A stretch of 64,000 nt of DNA from Gracilinanus agilis (taxonomy: Eukaryota). The position numbers and the translations under genes were made by a program. Numbering within the stretch: position 1 is the stretch's first letter; the number at the start of each line of letters is the position of its first letter. Positions 11,641-25,688 of the stretch are shown one piece after another. Location: assembly GCF_016433145.1 (NCBI RefSeq), contig NC_058132.1, positions 346,083,751 through 346,147,750 of the forward strand, given 5' to 3'. The notes below the pieces were generated by a model, which saw only the letters and a list, made by a program, of their open reading frames with translations, had not been told where the DNA came from and did not search any database.

Positions 11641-12619
11641 TTAAAACAAACAAAAAAAAAAAATAAGTCATATGTATATAAGTATATAGATACAAATATA
11701 AATATAGATAATGCTTTATGGTTTACAAAACTCTTTCTTCATGACAACTTTGAGAGGCAGGGAAGGCAGGTAGGTAGCTAAGATAGGTACTAGTATAACC
11801 ATTTTACAAATGAGAAAACAATTTCAGAAAGATTGCTTGCCCATGCTAACTAATAAGGGAAATCAAAACTAAGTTTTTCTGACTAGATTAGCTATTCTTA
11901 ACCTAGGATCCACAGATAGATTTCAGGGAGTCAGTAAGTTTGAATACAGAGAATGCTACATCTATATTTCAATATAACTGGTTTCCTTTGTTATCCTATG
12001 CATTTAAAAACATGATTCTGAGAAGGGGTCATAGACTGTACTAGACTGCAAAAGAGGTTTATGACACAAAAATCGGGAAGAACCACTGGTCTAGGCTAAG
12101 TGCTATTTCTATTAAATAAATTGTCTTAATAGCATCCAGCTCCTTTTGCTTACCAAACAACCATATAAATATTTATAATTTGGTCTCAAGGGTGGATTTA
12201 CTCACCCAGAAGATGAGATTCACACAGGTGACTCATATCAATTATCTTACTAGGTATTTCTTCCAACAAAATTAAGTAAGTTGGAATTGTTTTATCTATC
12301 AATTTTAGGAACCTGACTATTACTAACGGTCTTGTCACTTTTAAGTATGTGAATAAAAATGAGTCACTTGATCCTTGAACTTTTTTACACCCCCAAATTA
12401 AAAAGAGTCCTTCCATAAATAATCCCATTATGAGCATGCCATCTCGTTTCTCATTCTCTTTCATTCTTTTCTCTCTCTCTCTCTTTTCAATTCATGCAAA
12501 AGCATTTTAATTTTATGTAATTAAAATGGCCTATTTTGGCTAAGAACGTTAGAGGGGAAAAGGTACCTCCCTCTCATTCTCTTTTTTAATCAGAGGACCT
12601 CATATTCACATTATATTGG

Positions 12620-12872
12620 AGTAGGAGGTTGGCATACAAAATAGGGTGCTGACCTCAGGACCAGATAGCTTTGAGTTCAAATCCCACCTCAGATAATTGT
12701 CCAGCTGTGTGACTCTGGACAATTCATTTAAACTGTCTCATATTTATTTTCCTTAACTGTCAAATTAAAATAATAATAGCAACAACTTCACAAGGTTATT
12801 GTGAGGTTCAAATGAGATCATATATTTAAAGTGCTGTGCAAATTTAAAGAGCTATATAATTACTATTTAATT
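12620..12872 (+). mobile_element. MIR-family CORE SINE
   Basis: GAGTTCAAATCCCACCTC...CAGCTGTGTGAC core and MIR-like tail GTGAGGTTCAAATGAGAT. Confidence 0.7.
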
Positions 12873-13747
12873 ACTCAAGTTGTATATCTACTAAAAGCTC
12901 ATCATGACATGACATACATTGGTTCAAATCTAAGTTCTACCAAACTGTCCCCGCTCCCAGGTTTTCTACAAGTTCTCATACAAAAAGAGAGACCCTTTCT
13001 CTATGATTTTTATGTCCTCAACTTTATCAGATATTGAACTACTGTTTTCAATTAATACTAGTTCTTGCTTAGATAATCTATATCAGTGATCTACTTTTCA
13101 GTTTTATAACCAGTATCAGTTTTGATAAGTACTTCTTTATAATTTGCACTTTGGTAATATTATGTCCCCTTAGAATTATTTTTTTTCCCATTATTTCATT
13201 TGAGCTTCTAGACCTTTATTCTTCCAAATGAATTCTGAGTTACTTGGAAAAGAGAAATAATTTCAACTACAGTGCCTCCTTGTTCAGAGATGATTTGCAT
13301 TGTATCATTTGGAATCTTGGTTGATCACTCTATTGATCAGAGTTCCTAAGCCTTTCAAAAATATTGTAGCATTTTTTTTATAATGGTGTTATTACTGTAC
13401 TCTCCTGCTCACTTCACTTTACACTGGTTCATATAAGTCTTCCCAATTCCATTCATCTGTCACATAGCTAGAGTTTCTCCAGGGAATTAGAAGCTATCCT
13501 GGCAGAGAGTATCAGCATCATTTTGACAAATGAATGCATATATAGGGCACACACTTTCATTCCACCATAAAAACTACCAGGAATAATGCTGATTTGACTT
13601 GCAATATTAACCAAAAAAATTATCTCTGAATTGGAAATTACTAATATGTTGAATAGCCTTCATTTTTTCCCTATCACCCAAAGAAAATCTAGCTTGGAAT
13701 TCCATGCAAAGAACAACACCCATTGCACTGAATTTGTCAATAATTAC

Positions 13748-13847
13748 TTTCTCAGATTTCCAGGCCTGATTCTTAGTGTATTCTGCATCAACAAGTCCTG
13801 GGTTTTCCCGAGATAGAAGGATTAGAGGATCTCTCTCTGGACTTGTC
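13748..13847 (-). CDS. POGLUT1: POGLUT1 exon 7 (100 nt)
   Basis: TAG acceptor, GTAATT donor. Encodes [33 protein letters not shown]. Confidence 0.97.
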
Positions 13848-13959
13848 CTATAAAAGAAACAGATCACATAATGTCCTTTGAAATTCTCCATAATGACTAC
13901 TAAAGAGTAATTTTTTAAAAATGACATTTAATTAAGCAACTTAGAGTTTTCAAACTGCT

Positions 13960-13999
<40 letters not shown>

Positions 14000-14000
14000 T
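13960..14000 (+). repeat. (TA)n microsatellite
   Basis: Near-perfect TA run. Confidence 0.9.
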
Positions 14001-14911
14001 CAATGAGGATCCAGAGTTATTGCGAGGATCAAAAGAGATAATATATATAAAGTGCTCTGCAAACCTTAAAGATTTATAAACATTAATTATTATTAATAAG
14101 ATATTTACTCATCTTATTTGAACTTCATATAACTGCAAGGAAAGTACTGTAAGCATGGTTATCCTTATTTTACAGGTGAGGAAACAGGTTAATTTTAATT
14201 AACTTTATTTCTTAAACATTTTTTAAGGAATCTAGTGGTTTTTTATTTGTGATCTTTGACCAAGTTTTCCAAAGGGAAAAAAACTTCACTATTCCTGTGA
14301 TATTAGTTGATAAAATCAAGGAGCTACTAAAAAAAGGTCTTGCTCATATCCTGAACATGAGGATAAAAAGTGATATGCTATTATCAGTGAACTTCTATAA
14401 AAGCTACATGGTTGTTTCATCTATCCAGATATGAAATTCCTATTTGGTAGAATCAATCAATCGATAAGCACTTATAAGTCCCTACTACTATCAGGCAGTG
14501 TGCTAAGTATCAGAGATATATACATAAAATGAAAAATTCATTTCTCAGAATTAGTTTTAGTCTAATTTCTGCCACTAATTAAATAACAAATTACTAGTTA
14601 TACAAGACTTATCTCCACTCTAAGCTTCGGTTTGTCTCATATGAAAAATAATGAAGTTATACTAGATTATCTCTTAGGTTCCCTTCAGCTCCCGACATTT
14701 TATGGTTTTCAAATCTGTATAGTACCTTTGTTATACTTGACTGAATCTCAGAGTAGGAAATACCTAATATACCCATAGATTAACAGAATAATCTCTATGA
14801 CATCTCTGACAAGTGCTTGTCCTAGCTTTGCTTGAAAATTTTCAGTCACAAAAAAAAATCTCTTTCTAAGGCAGCCCATCCCACTTTTTATAAAGAGAGG
14901 CTACTAAATGT

Positions 14912-15151
14912 GGCAGCCAGGTAGTACAGTGGATAGAGTGCTGGGCCTGGCATCAAGAAGACTCATCTTTAGGAGTTCAAATCCAGCTTCAGACACTTAC
15001 TAGCTATATGATCCCGGACAAGTCACTTAACCTGTTTACCTCAGTTTTCTTGTACAAGGAAATGGCAAACCATCCCAGTATCTCTGCCAAGAAAACCCCA
15101 AATAGGGTCATAAAGGGTTAGACATGACTGAAATGACGACAACAACAACAA
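14912..15151 (+). mobile_element. MAR1-like marsupial CORE SINE
   Basis: CORE followed by an RTE-type tail GGAAATGGCAAACCATCCCAGTATCTCTGCCAAGAAAACCCC...GACATGACTGAA(CAA)n. Confidence 0.85.
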
Positions 15152-15164
15152 ATAACTGTAAATA

Positions 15165-15740
15165 AATTCTTCTTTTTTTGGAGCTGAAGTCTGCTTCTCT
15201 GCAATGCTCATCCACTGTTCCCAATTCTGTCAACAGGGATAAAAAAGATTAAGTCTAGACTCTCTGCTACAGAATAAACTTCTCATCTCCAGATGAAATA
15301 TCCTTAGTTCCTTCCAACAGAGCTCATGTGGCACAATCTCTAAAATGCCCTAACCAGCCTGACTGACTTTCTCTGTGCTCCAATTTTGTCAATGTTTTTC
15401 CTACAATGTGGGATCCAAAATGGAACACAATACTATTACTACAGTGGCTTGTCCAGGGTATAGTACAAAGGGACTTTTACCTCTTTCATTTTAACACTGT
15501 GGCTCCCTTCATCTAGTATAAAAGCACATCAGCTTTTCTGGTTGCCAAGTCATTTTTTAACTCAACAAGTCAACAAATTATAGTATAACCTCCTTGATTT
15601 CTTTCACTTGAATTGTTGCCTAGATATGCTTTTTCTCTATTTTTCCCTGGCCTTGAGAAACTGAATTTATAATCCAAGTATAAAATTTAAAATTTTTCTT
15701 TATATTTCATCTTCTTGTATTTAGCCTAAGCAGCAAAATA
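15165..15740 (-). mobile_element. CR1/L3-like LINE 3' fragment, decayed
   Basis: Antisense L3-like text, e.g. GGAACACAATACT...TGTCCAGGGTATAGTACAAAGGGAC. Boundaries approximate. Confidence 0.55.
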
Positions 15741-15962
15741 GTGCTATATAGTGCCAGGTCTGGAATCAAGAAAACCTGAGGGGGTTGAACTACATATTCT
15801 CTCAACCAGTTCTAACATTCATTGTTTTTGTTTATTTATCACAAAGTTTGAATTTACCTTGGATTTACAATGTCTATGGACATTGTTTATATCTTCCTTA
15901 AAGTTGCATTATTCCATGACATAACTTGGGAGACTCTCTTGGATGCCAAAAGACATACTCAC

Positions 15963-16022
15963 CTAGACCCCCTAAAGTATCCTCTGGATATTTTCCTTTC
16001 CCATGGCCACTTTTCTGCAGAC
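15963..16022 (-). CDS. POGLUT1: POGLUT1 exon 6 (60 nt)
   Basis: TAG acceptor, GTGAGT donor. Encodes SAEKWPWERKISRGYFRGS(R). Confidence 0.96.
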
Positions 16023-16359
16023 CTAAAATACATACATGTCAATCAGAAATAGCTATGTCACTCCTCTGTTAAAAAAAAAACAAACCTTCAATGGCACTAC
16101 TGAGTAAAGCGAAAAGTAAATCTTTTCCTCTAGCATTCAATGCCCTCCATCATTTGGTACCACCCTACCTTTCCAGCTTTATCGCACACTCTTCATACTC
16201 CATGCTAGGATCAAACTAAACCACCTGTCTCCCCCACCACCCATACACAATCTGCATACTTCCTCTAATAGGCCTTTCTCTCATTGTTTCCCGGTCTCAA
16301 TATTTTGTATCACTCCTTACCAGGCAACAAAAACTTCTGGCAATTACATGCCTCTAAAA

Positions 16360-16800
16360 TCATAAAACAGTCAAGAAATGATGAACAGGATGGTTTCAGA
16401 AAAACCTGGAAAGACTTCTGCAAACTGATGCAAAGTAAAGTAAGCAGAACCAGGAGGACACTGTACACAACAACAGCAATAATGCATGATGGTCAGCTGT
16501 GAAAGACTTAGCTACTCTGATCGAGACAATGATCTGAGATAATTCCAGAGGACTAATGATGAAAAATGCTATCCTGTGCCAGGGAGAGAACTGATGATAT
16601 CTTCATGCACACTGAAGCACACTTTTAAATTTTCTTGGGGATTTTTGTGTTTTCTTTTACATGGCTATTATGGATATGTTTTGTATGATCTCACATATAT
16701 AATTAATATCATATTGCTTGCCTTCTCACAGGTGGGAAGGACAGAGAGAATTTAGAACTCAAAATTTTTAAAAAAATTACATATATTTGAAAAATAATTA
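16360..16800 (+). mobile_element. L1 3'-end fragment
   Basis: GAAATGATGAACAGGATGGTTTCAGAAAAACCTGGAAAGAC...GCAAAGTAAAGTAAGCAGAACCAGGAG is typical of marsupial L1 3' ends. Confidence 0.75.
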
Positions 16801-16819
16801 ACAAAATAAATAAAAATGA

Positions 16820-16995
16820 GGGACAGCTAGGTATAGTGGATAGAGTGTCAGGCATGGAGTCAGGAGGACCTCAGTTCAAATCTGGCCTCAAACACCTCCT
16901 AGCTGTGTGACCCTGGACAAGTCACTTAACCCGAACTGCCTGGTCCTTGCTGCCCTTAGAATCGATACTAAGATAAAAAGGTAAGGGCCAAAAAA
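16820..16995 (+). mobile_element. Opossum-type CORE SINE
   Basis: Head, CORE and tail TTAGAATCGATACTAAGATAAAAAGGTAAGGG plus A-run. Confidence 0.8.
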
Positions 16996-18413
16996 TAAAT
17001 AAATAAATTTTTATTTTAAAGAATTATAAAGCAGGTTAAATATTTATAAAGGAGGTAATATGCTTTGAAAAAGGTATTAACTCTATGCAACTTTTTAGTT
17101 TACAAATAATCGAATTTTAAAAATAAGTAATTTTAAGACAATTATTTGTTTTAAAAGATGTGAAAAGAACATGTAAAAGACCATATGCTTATGGAAGGGA
17201 TAGATAAGTTAAAGAGAACAAAATTTAAAAAATCATTGGATATGGTATTAGGAGGAGGTCACTGGTGATCTCTGAAAAAAAACAGAAAGTCAGTTTTCAA
17301 GAAAGAGAGAATAGGAAAAAGTAATAAGGAAATGGAGACATTGAGTATAGATAACTTTATCATGAAATTTTGTAATAAAGGAAGGTAGATAAATTGGACA
17401 ATAACTGGAAGGGGTGAAGGGTGCAAGGAAAGGTCTTTTTGTGGTTTGCTTATTTGTTGTAGACACAGGAAGGAGGCACTAGAATGTAATTTCACAAGGG
17501 TAGAGACCCTGTCATTTAATATGTTTTCTCTCTCATTTTTCTCACCTTTCATACTCTGCATATACTTCATTGCTCTGCAAACAGTACATGATTAAACAAT
17601 GTTTATTGAATTGAATTGAATATAGGGTCATAAGACATAAACTGATTCATTCTTGCTTTACTGAGTTTCCAAAAAGTACCATCAACCTACTCTATTTCCA
17701 CATTACAAAATATAGTTTTTTACTTTCTCAGAAAAGTGGCCTTTTCAACTTTCTCAGAAAAAGTAACAACTCGAGAATAGTTGAACAAAATGTGGTTTGG
17801 GAATATAATAAACTATTATTGCTACACTGCAGATAACTATGAAAAAAGTCAGAGCAACATGGAAAGGGTGATATGAAATGATACAATGTTAAAAAAGCAG
17901 AGCCCAAGAACAATATCCACAATGACTGTAACAAGGTAAATGATAGCCTAAAAAGGTAACAAAACTCTGGTCAAATGCAACAATGTTACTATCATACTAT
18001 CAGAATTAAAGGCATCCTTCCTGTTAACAACAGAGAAACTAAACTTTTCATGGAATGAACCTTCTAAGGAACTTGAGGGATGTGTTTGTTGTGTTTGAAT
18101 AAAATGTGTTTATAAATTAAAAATAAAAGTTAGCAAAGGTACTTAGATAAAAGTAAATACTGTAAATTTCATTATACACTAAAATATGGCCAAATGTGCA
18201 ATAAATGCCTTTAGATTGAGCTGGCATTTTAACATACCAGCAAAGTAATATATAGGCCAAAATCATTACGTACAAATAAATGATGCCTTGGACAAACCTC
18301 CTGAGTTTGAGATATCTATTATGGCTTCTTTCTAAATTATTCATTTTTGTCTTCTTAGTGTTATAGGGTCTGCAAAGGAATATAAGCAGGAAAATAATCC
18401 TCTGAAAATCTTA

Positions 18414-18572
<159 letters not shown>

Positions 18573-19088
18573 TCAGGATGAAGTGACAAGAACCAAACTA
18601 TATTCATTTCCACAAGTTTCCCAACAAGGTCTTCATTTTTTCAAGTATTTCTTTATTCCAGAAATTTTGTTCCCCTCTTTGTGATGTCTAGAAACAAAAT
18701 GGCAAAGCTGGCTATGGATGGATTTAAATTACTACTGTTTTACTAATGGAAAAGATGAGCATAAAACTATTGGATTCTTCAACTCAAGAAAATAATTCAA
18801 TAATAACAATAACAATAACAATAACCAATGTATTCAGGGGCTGTCAGGTTTCAGTTATAATACCTGGTGTGTTCTTTCTATAAACACTTGCTTTAAATAG
18901 CTTCATGAGTGTTTCTCATCTCCCAAAACATTGAAGTGCCTTGAGGACAAGATCTATGTCATATATACTTCTTTTGTATCTCCTCCTGCCCCCTGGGTCT
19001 AATATAGCTGTTCAAAAGATATCGGTTAACTAATTAAGAATTCAGAACCTAAATTAGGGTAGAATAAGGTGGGATGCTTAATAAATAT

Positions 19089-19328
19089 GGGGTGGTCAGG
19101 TGGTGCAAGCTTGGAATCAGAAAAATACATCTTAAAAGGTTTAAATCTGGCCTCAAACACTTACTAGCTGTGTAACCATGGGCAAGTTACTTTACCCTGC
19201 CTGCCTCAGTTTCCTCATCTGTAAAATGAGCTGGAGAAGGAAATGGCAAATCACTCTAGAATCTCTGCCATAAAAGCCCTAAATAGGGTCAGAAAGAATC
19301 CAACAAGACTGAAATAACTGGATAACAA
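19089..19328 (+). mobile_element. MAR1-like SINE
   Basis: CORE plus GAGCTGGAGAAGGAAATGGCAAA...CTCTGCCA RTE-type tail. Confidence 0.8.
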
Positions 19329-19576
19329 AGGTGGGAAGTTCTCCATTTTTTCAGGAAGATCTAGTTACTTTTTAGATTTGTTCCTGATGAAACTGTTATT
19401 AGATACATTTCACTTTCCCAATTTTCCTGTGTAAATGGAGTAAAAAATATTTTTCTCTCCGTCTTCTCTCCCATAATGGCACACACAATCCATTTAGCTC
19501 CTACCATAACACGGGGGCTCAATAAATGTGACAACTACATTTATGTGGTAAAAATTCTCTAATCCATGTTCTAGAC

Positions 19577-19925
19577 CAGTGATGGCAAACCTATGGCATG
19601 GGCGCCAAAGATGGCATGCAGATCACTCTCTGTAGGCACCCCACCACTCTTCTTTCCTCCTTCTCTCCTGCCCCAGAGTCTGTTACTAGAAAGGCAGAAG
19701 GGCTCAGGTGGAGCTGCTCCCCTCTCTCTCTCTACACTTGCTGGGGACATTCTTCACACCACCCGCCACTCTGCCCAGCAGCCAAATGGGAGCACTTTCC
19801 CCCTCCCCTGGGTGGGGTAAGGGGGAGGTGAGGCGTGCCCGCACTGGGTGGTGGGGAGGGGCATAGTCTTGGAGGTGGGGGGGGAGGCAAGGCATGGCAC
19901 TCCTCTAAAAGGTTCACCATCACTG
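19577..19925. mobile_element. hAT-family MITE, 349 bp
   Basis: TIRs CAGTGATGGCAAACCT and AGGTTCACCATCACTG. Perfect 8-bp TSD TTCTAGAC at 19569-19576 and 19926-19933. Confidence 0.93.
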
Positions 19926-20099
19926 TTCTAGACAATAAACATATAAAAATAACCAGTAAACATTGCAAACTTCAGGCAAGGAGAAAAATGGAAAAATTAG
20001 TTATGGTGCTTCTTCCCATATCATAGTAAGAGTAATGATAAAACATATAAACATGAAGTAAATGTAGCTTTCCTGGCACAGTGAATTCTTTTTTCTCAC

Positions 20100-20235
20100 C
20101 TTGCTGAAGGAAAAGACTGGAATGATAGGTTCCATCCACTTAGGAACCTGGGGATAATCCCGAACATTGATCACCATCTCCATGTCAGGAAGGTGGTTGA
20201 TTACTTCCAAAATGAAGTGCTCCACACCACTGCAC
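20100..20235 (-). CDS. POGLUT1: POGLUT1 exon 4 (136 nt)
   Basis: CAG acceptor, GTGAGA donor. Encodes [45 protein letters not shown]. Confidence 0.97.
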
Positions 20236-22139
20236 CTGCCAAGCATAAAAATCAGAAAATTCACCATAGCAACACTTTTGCCTAGGCATAGGTGGGGTCC
20301 CTATTAGCCTCTTGAGGAAGAGCGAAAGCATGTTCATAATACTCAGCTGCTGGGAAGCTGGGAGGGTTGATTTTCAGGAAGCAGGACCTATTCCACTTTA
20401 TATTATTATGTATGTTATTTATTTCTGATTGCTGAATAAACTGTTCATCAATTGGTTCACTTATTACAAGAATTCCTGTTGAAATATTGATCCTTTGTTC
20501 CTGCTTTTGCCTTCCCCAGCTGGTGTTCTTGCATTCTGCCACTTTTAAGGTGTCCTTGGGAAGTGCCATCCATATGCACAAGTCATGGGGAACATACAGG
20601 AAGAAGGGCTGGGCTCTAGTCCTAGTTCTTTGATTATCTCCCTCTATCACCTTTGTCAAATCACTTAACCTCTCTGGGACTCAATTTCCTTATCTGTAAA
20701 CTGGATTTGGTGATCTCTCAAGCTCCTTCTTGTTTAAACTTTCTAAATTTCGAAGATGACCCATACTAGCTGTGTGACCTCAGGCAAACTAATTAACCAC
20801 TCTGAATTTCAATTTACACTTCTATAAATGGAGAAACTACTTGTGCTATTTCTGCACAGGGCTGTCATGAGGGAAAGTATTCCATAAACTTCAATGGGCT
20901 AATGGAATGGGAATTATTATTGTTATTATGATTAGACTGGAAACCCAAGTTGTTAGTGTTCTACCTTACCCAAAGGTTTGGCTTCAAGTTGTAATATAAT
21001 GCCACCAATTTAACTTCATAATCATGAAACTCTCAAGGAGTTCTTTTAATTAGTTTTTCCTTCATTCTAGTTTAGATAACCTTTAAAGACCACCCCCCAC
21101 CAATTTCTATCACATGCAACCTGAAAACAAAGACAGCATTAAAATCAATTAATGAGTCAAATGCTATTATCATAAAATAATATATTTAGGTTCCTTTAGC
21201 GTTTCCTTAATTCAAAAATGTGGCTCTATAGTCATTCAACAACCACTAATTCAGCATTTAAAATTGTAAAGTAATATGCTGGGACGTAAGAGGTATAATA
21301 AAATAATTAAGATATATAAGACCTGATCTTATGAAGGTAGGTTTAGTTTGTGTTTCTTTCATCCTCCTCCTTAGTCTATTACCATACATTCTCCCAACCC
21401 CAACCATGTATTCTGGCATTCCATTAGGATGGAATGTATTAAAGGAATGTTATACAAAGCTAATGAACAATTCTTGAAAGCTACTTTACAGCAGTAAAGT
21501 TAAAACACAGTAAAATATGCTATTTTTCAACTGGAGCCCTTCAAATCTCTGAAATTCAGTTCTCTTGCCTCTCTGAAATTCAGTTCTTTGAGTTTTAGGT
21601 ACCCCTTTGCAAAGGCACCTGTTTCATTACTAAGCAAAATCTTTCTGTTCTGCTTTGAAATTCTAAATATTTATTTTAGCTTCCACCATGCCCTGGGTTA
21701 TTTTTTTCAAAATCATTAAAGTGTAAAGTGATTACAATTTCTCAAACTTACATAAATCATAACAAGATGGAAATCCACTTTAAGGCAATCTGAGATATTA
21801 AACCATCTATTACAAAATCTCAGATTTATTTGGAATTTTTAAACTTGATGCTATAAGTATATTCATATTATCCCTATGTAAAAGGCTTTGTAAATCTTAA
21901 AATGCTATATAAATACTACCTATTATTATTGTCTGAATGCCAGAATCCTCTTAGGCCCAGATCTGATCCTATCACTTCTCTTCCAAAACATTCCATGTTG
22001 CTTTCTTTAGCCTAGCATTCAAGAATATCCATAATAGGCTTTCTAAAATTCTTTTTTGTTTATTGGCTTATTTTAAAAATCTATTCTTTTTAATTGAGAT
22101 ATTTCTTATTTTTAAATAAAAATTCTTCTTTAAAAAAAG

Positions 22140-22930
22140 AATATCCATAGCAACCAATCAACAACACTTACTAGGTGCTAAACCCTGTGTTAGACCCAGA
22201 GAATACAAATACAAAAGAAAGACAGTCTCTGCTCTCAGAGAGCTTATGTCCAAATGAGGGACACATGTTCATAGAACAATACATACAGACTACACAAAAT
22301 AAATGGAGGAGGGCAAGGGGGGGCCAACAACTAGGAATCTGGAAAGGTCTTTTCAAGGAGATACTAACTTGAGCTTTACTTTAAAGAGAGCTAAGGGTTC
22401 CAAGAGGAAGAGATAAAAAGGGAGATTTTGCAAGCATGAAAGGCATCGAGGCAAGGGAAGAAATATGTTAAGGGAAAAGCAAATAGGAAAAGTTTGGCTG
22501 AAGCATGAAATATGTGAGAAAAAGTAATGTCTGGAATGTCTAGAATCTTTTTTCTCTGAGGTTTGCCTCAAATTCCACCTTCCAGACCGTGAGGAGCTTG
22601 AAATGTCAAACAAAGTAGGTTGTATCTTATCCTAAGGATAGTAAGTCAGCAAAACTTCTTGACCGAGGGAATAATGTGTTCAGACTTTGAATTTTAAGAC
22701 TATTAATTTGTTTGCTGTAAAGGAGGGCTTAGAGAGAAAAGATACCAGATGCGTAAAGACCAATTAAGAGACTTTTGCAATAGTCCAGGAGAAATGGGGA
22801 TAAGGACTTAAAGGAGGATGGTTACAGAGATATGGGGATCAATGAAAGAAATATAGAGGCCTTGACAATTGATGAGACTGAGATTGGGAGAAGCTTGGGA
22901 GTCAAGAGAGAATGAAGAGTTCAATATACA
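22140..22930 (-). mobile_element. L2 LINE fragment
   Basis: Begins with an antisense L2 3' end (CAACCAATCAACAACACTTACTAGGTGCT), followed by the purine-rich L2 body. Confidence 0.65.
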
Positions 22931-22964
22931 CATTCTACTACTATTTCCTTTCTACTATCTCTCT

Positions 22965-23220
22965 GAGGCAGCTAGGTATTGCAATGAACAGAGCTGAACC
23001 TAGAGCCAGAAAGACCTGAGTTCAAATATGGCCTCAGACACTTCCTAGCTGTATGATCCTGGGCAAGTCATTTAACCTCTGTCTGACTCAGTTTCCCCCT
23101 TGGTTAAATGGAGATAATAATAGAACCTACTTTATATGGTAGTTGAGGATAAAATGACATGATATTTATAAAGTACTTTGTACAGTGTCTGGCACTTAGA
23201 AGGTACTTAATAAAAGCTTC
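22965..23220 (+). mobile_element. MIR-family SINE
   Basis: Head, CORE and tail AAAGTACTTTGTACAGTGTCTGGCAC...TAATAAA. Confidence 0.75.
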
Positions 23221-24754
23221 TTTCTTTCCTTCCATCTTTTGGGGAATGGGATATTTTGTAAAGTACTTTGCAAATCTTAAGGCTCTATATAAATGCTAGT
23301 CATTACTATTATTAGTAGTCTCTTCCTTCTATTAATTATTGCCAATTTATCATGTATATATCTTATTTGTATATAGTACTCTGCATATGGTTTCCCTTCC
23401 TGGACTGTGAACTCCTTAAGAAGAGGGCCTATCTTTCCCCAGGGCTTAGCACAGTACTTGGCATATTATAGGTGCTTAATAAATATTTATTGACTCATTA
23501 GCCTTGCCCAAGGTCATACATATCAATCCAGGGACAGAATCAGGACTAGAATTCATGTTGCCTAACACCTACTATACGGATTTTTTTTCTGTAAGGTTAA
23601 AATCGAATTCCACCTTCACTGTGAAGTATTCTTAATGCCCTTAATCAATAATGATCTTTTCCCTTCATGTCCTTGAAATGGACCAAAATATTTTGACTCT
23701 TACTGAAATAATTACCTGGGCCTATGATATAAATGGTTAAGAGGCTTTAAAAACTTAAAATGTTCATTAAGGACTGAATAGTAGGTATGACTACAAATTT
23801 GAATAGTGTCTATAATTTGTGTCCTACATTTGTTTCTAGCATCTAAAATACCCACCCCCTTTCCTGGAAACCTGTTCTACACAACACTTCTATTTTTTGC
23901 TCCAAAAAATTTCTAAATGTTATTGGTATCTTTGTTTTCATATCCCCTTCATCATTTAAAATAAGCTTCTCCATCTTAGTGTGGCTATAATCACCTTCAG
24001 TCCCTGCTCCTGGGGACAAGAGTCAGGATAAAGCTGCCTGGGTGCCTATATCAATTCTAGTATCATCATGGGGAGATCCAGAGAGCATGGCAGAGGGAAG
24101 GGAAGGCACCAGGCTGCCTAAGGAGGGGAGGGCTGGCTAAGGTCAGAAACGCAGCAGGTCAAAGGTTCCATGATGATCAGAAGTGAGACAGGGAGACTCA
24201 TTCTCAACACAGACACATACACACACACACCATGTGCACAAGTGTAACATGTATACAGCATACATAGAGAAAGAGATGTGAGTCTATATATAAAATATCC
24301 AGCATAAAAAAGAAACTTATTAGTTGAGTTAGTAGCATATGTAAATAATCCAAATCCCATCTCCTCCACTTCTTCAAGAAGGAAGGGAAGAACATTTTTC
24401 CAACTTTTCTCCAAGGTCAATTATTCTCTCTTGTCCCTAAAGAGTTGTCTGTTTAAAATACCTTGACAATTTTCTCCAAATAAGCCTGTTTAGGACAACT
24501 TATTTCTGTACCTTTATTTCTACTTTCATCTGATTCTCAAAAATAGCAAGAGAAATTTAAGTGTACAAATGGTAGAGTAGTTCATACCACAACACTGCAA
24601 AAGAGAAATATAGGTTTTTGATAAAGAGAGGTCTTAAAGAAAGATTATTATTGCAGTTTCAAAAAACATTCAAGGGTTTTTGAAAAGGAAAGACACCTGT
24701 GTAGGAGACAGCTTTTTGGTTTGCAGCTTAGGATATTTCTTTCTTTCTTTTTTT

Positions 24755-24918
24755 AATCCTTATTTTCTGTCTTAGTAAGAACTCTAAGACAGACGAGCAA
24801 GGACAAGGCAATCCCAGTTAAGTGACTTGCCCAGGGTCACACAGTTAGGAAGAGAGCAGCTTTTAATCCAGGTCCTCCTGACTCCAGGCCTCAGATGCTT
24901 ATAGCTACCCCCAGTTGC
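24755..24918 (-). mobile_element. Opossum-type SINE
   Basis: Antisense CORE AAGTGACTTGCCCAGGGTCACACAG with head at 24918. Confidence 0.75.
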
Positions 24919-25252
24919 CATCTTAGCCTCTTGATGGTACACTAATAGCTCAGGCCTGATACTGAAAGTTGGTTTAGCTTCAGCTATTCCCATGAATCAC
25001 CACTGATTATCCTCCATCACTCTTCTTCACTCTTCTTGCCCAGCCTTCTCCTGCATATATTTTCTGTACGGAAGGAAACAGATAGAAATATAGCTAGCTT
25101 ATTGATGACCTCAGGAAAGGAAGGGCACAGTCACAGAAATAGCTATGATACTGCCAAGATCAGAACTGATGCAAGACTGGGTTTATCTATGATAAAATGT
25201 GTATCTATAACAAGACAAGAAGAAGCATAAATATATTCTGCATGTCTCTTAC

Positions 25253-25396
25253 CTTGCAGGGAACATGCAATCTTGTTCCCTGTACAATTCATTCTTGATA
25301 ATCTGATAGTGTGTCCCTAGCTTCCGGCTAACCATATTGGTCATCATCTCTTTGGAGATGCCTCCTTGGAAGGGGGCCAAATCCTTCTCCATAACA
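25253..25396 (-). CDS. POGLUT1: POGLUT1 exon 3 (144 nt)
   Basis: CAG acceptor, GTAAGA donor. Encodes [47 protein letters not shown](R). Confidence 0.97.
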
Positions 25397-25532
25397 CTGA
25401 AAAAGAATGAAAATTACCCATAAGTATAAACTAAGGAGAAGACACCACTTTGTCTGCTCCCTGTTTTAATATTGTTCTCATGTGTAGAGTAGGGATGACA
25501 GGTGGATAGTTCAAATACTCCACTGGTTGTCA

Positions 25533-25688
25533 CCTTTTTTTTTTAAAACCTCGACCTTCCATCTTAGAATCAATACTACGTATTGGTTTCGAGACAGAAG
25601 AGTAGTAAGGGCAAGGCAATTAGGGTTAAGTAATTTGCCCAGGATCACACAGCTAGGAAGTACTACCTGATCTACCTAGCTGCCCCAT
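25533..25688 (-). mobile_element. SINE1_Mdo-like SINE with internal deletion
   Basis: Poly-T, antisense tail and CORE; the head is joined directly. Confidence 0.8.
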
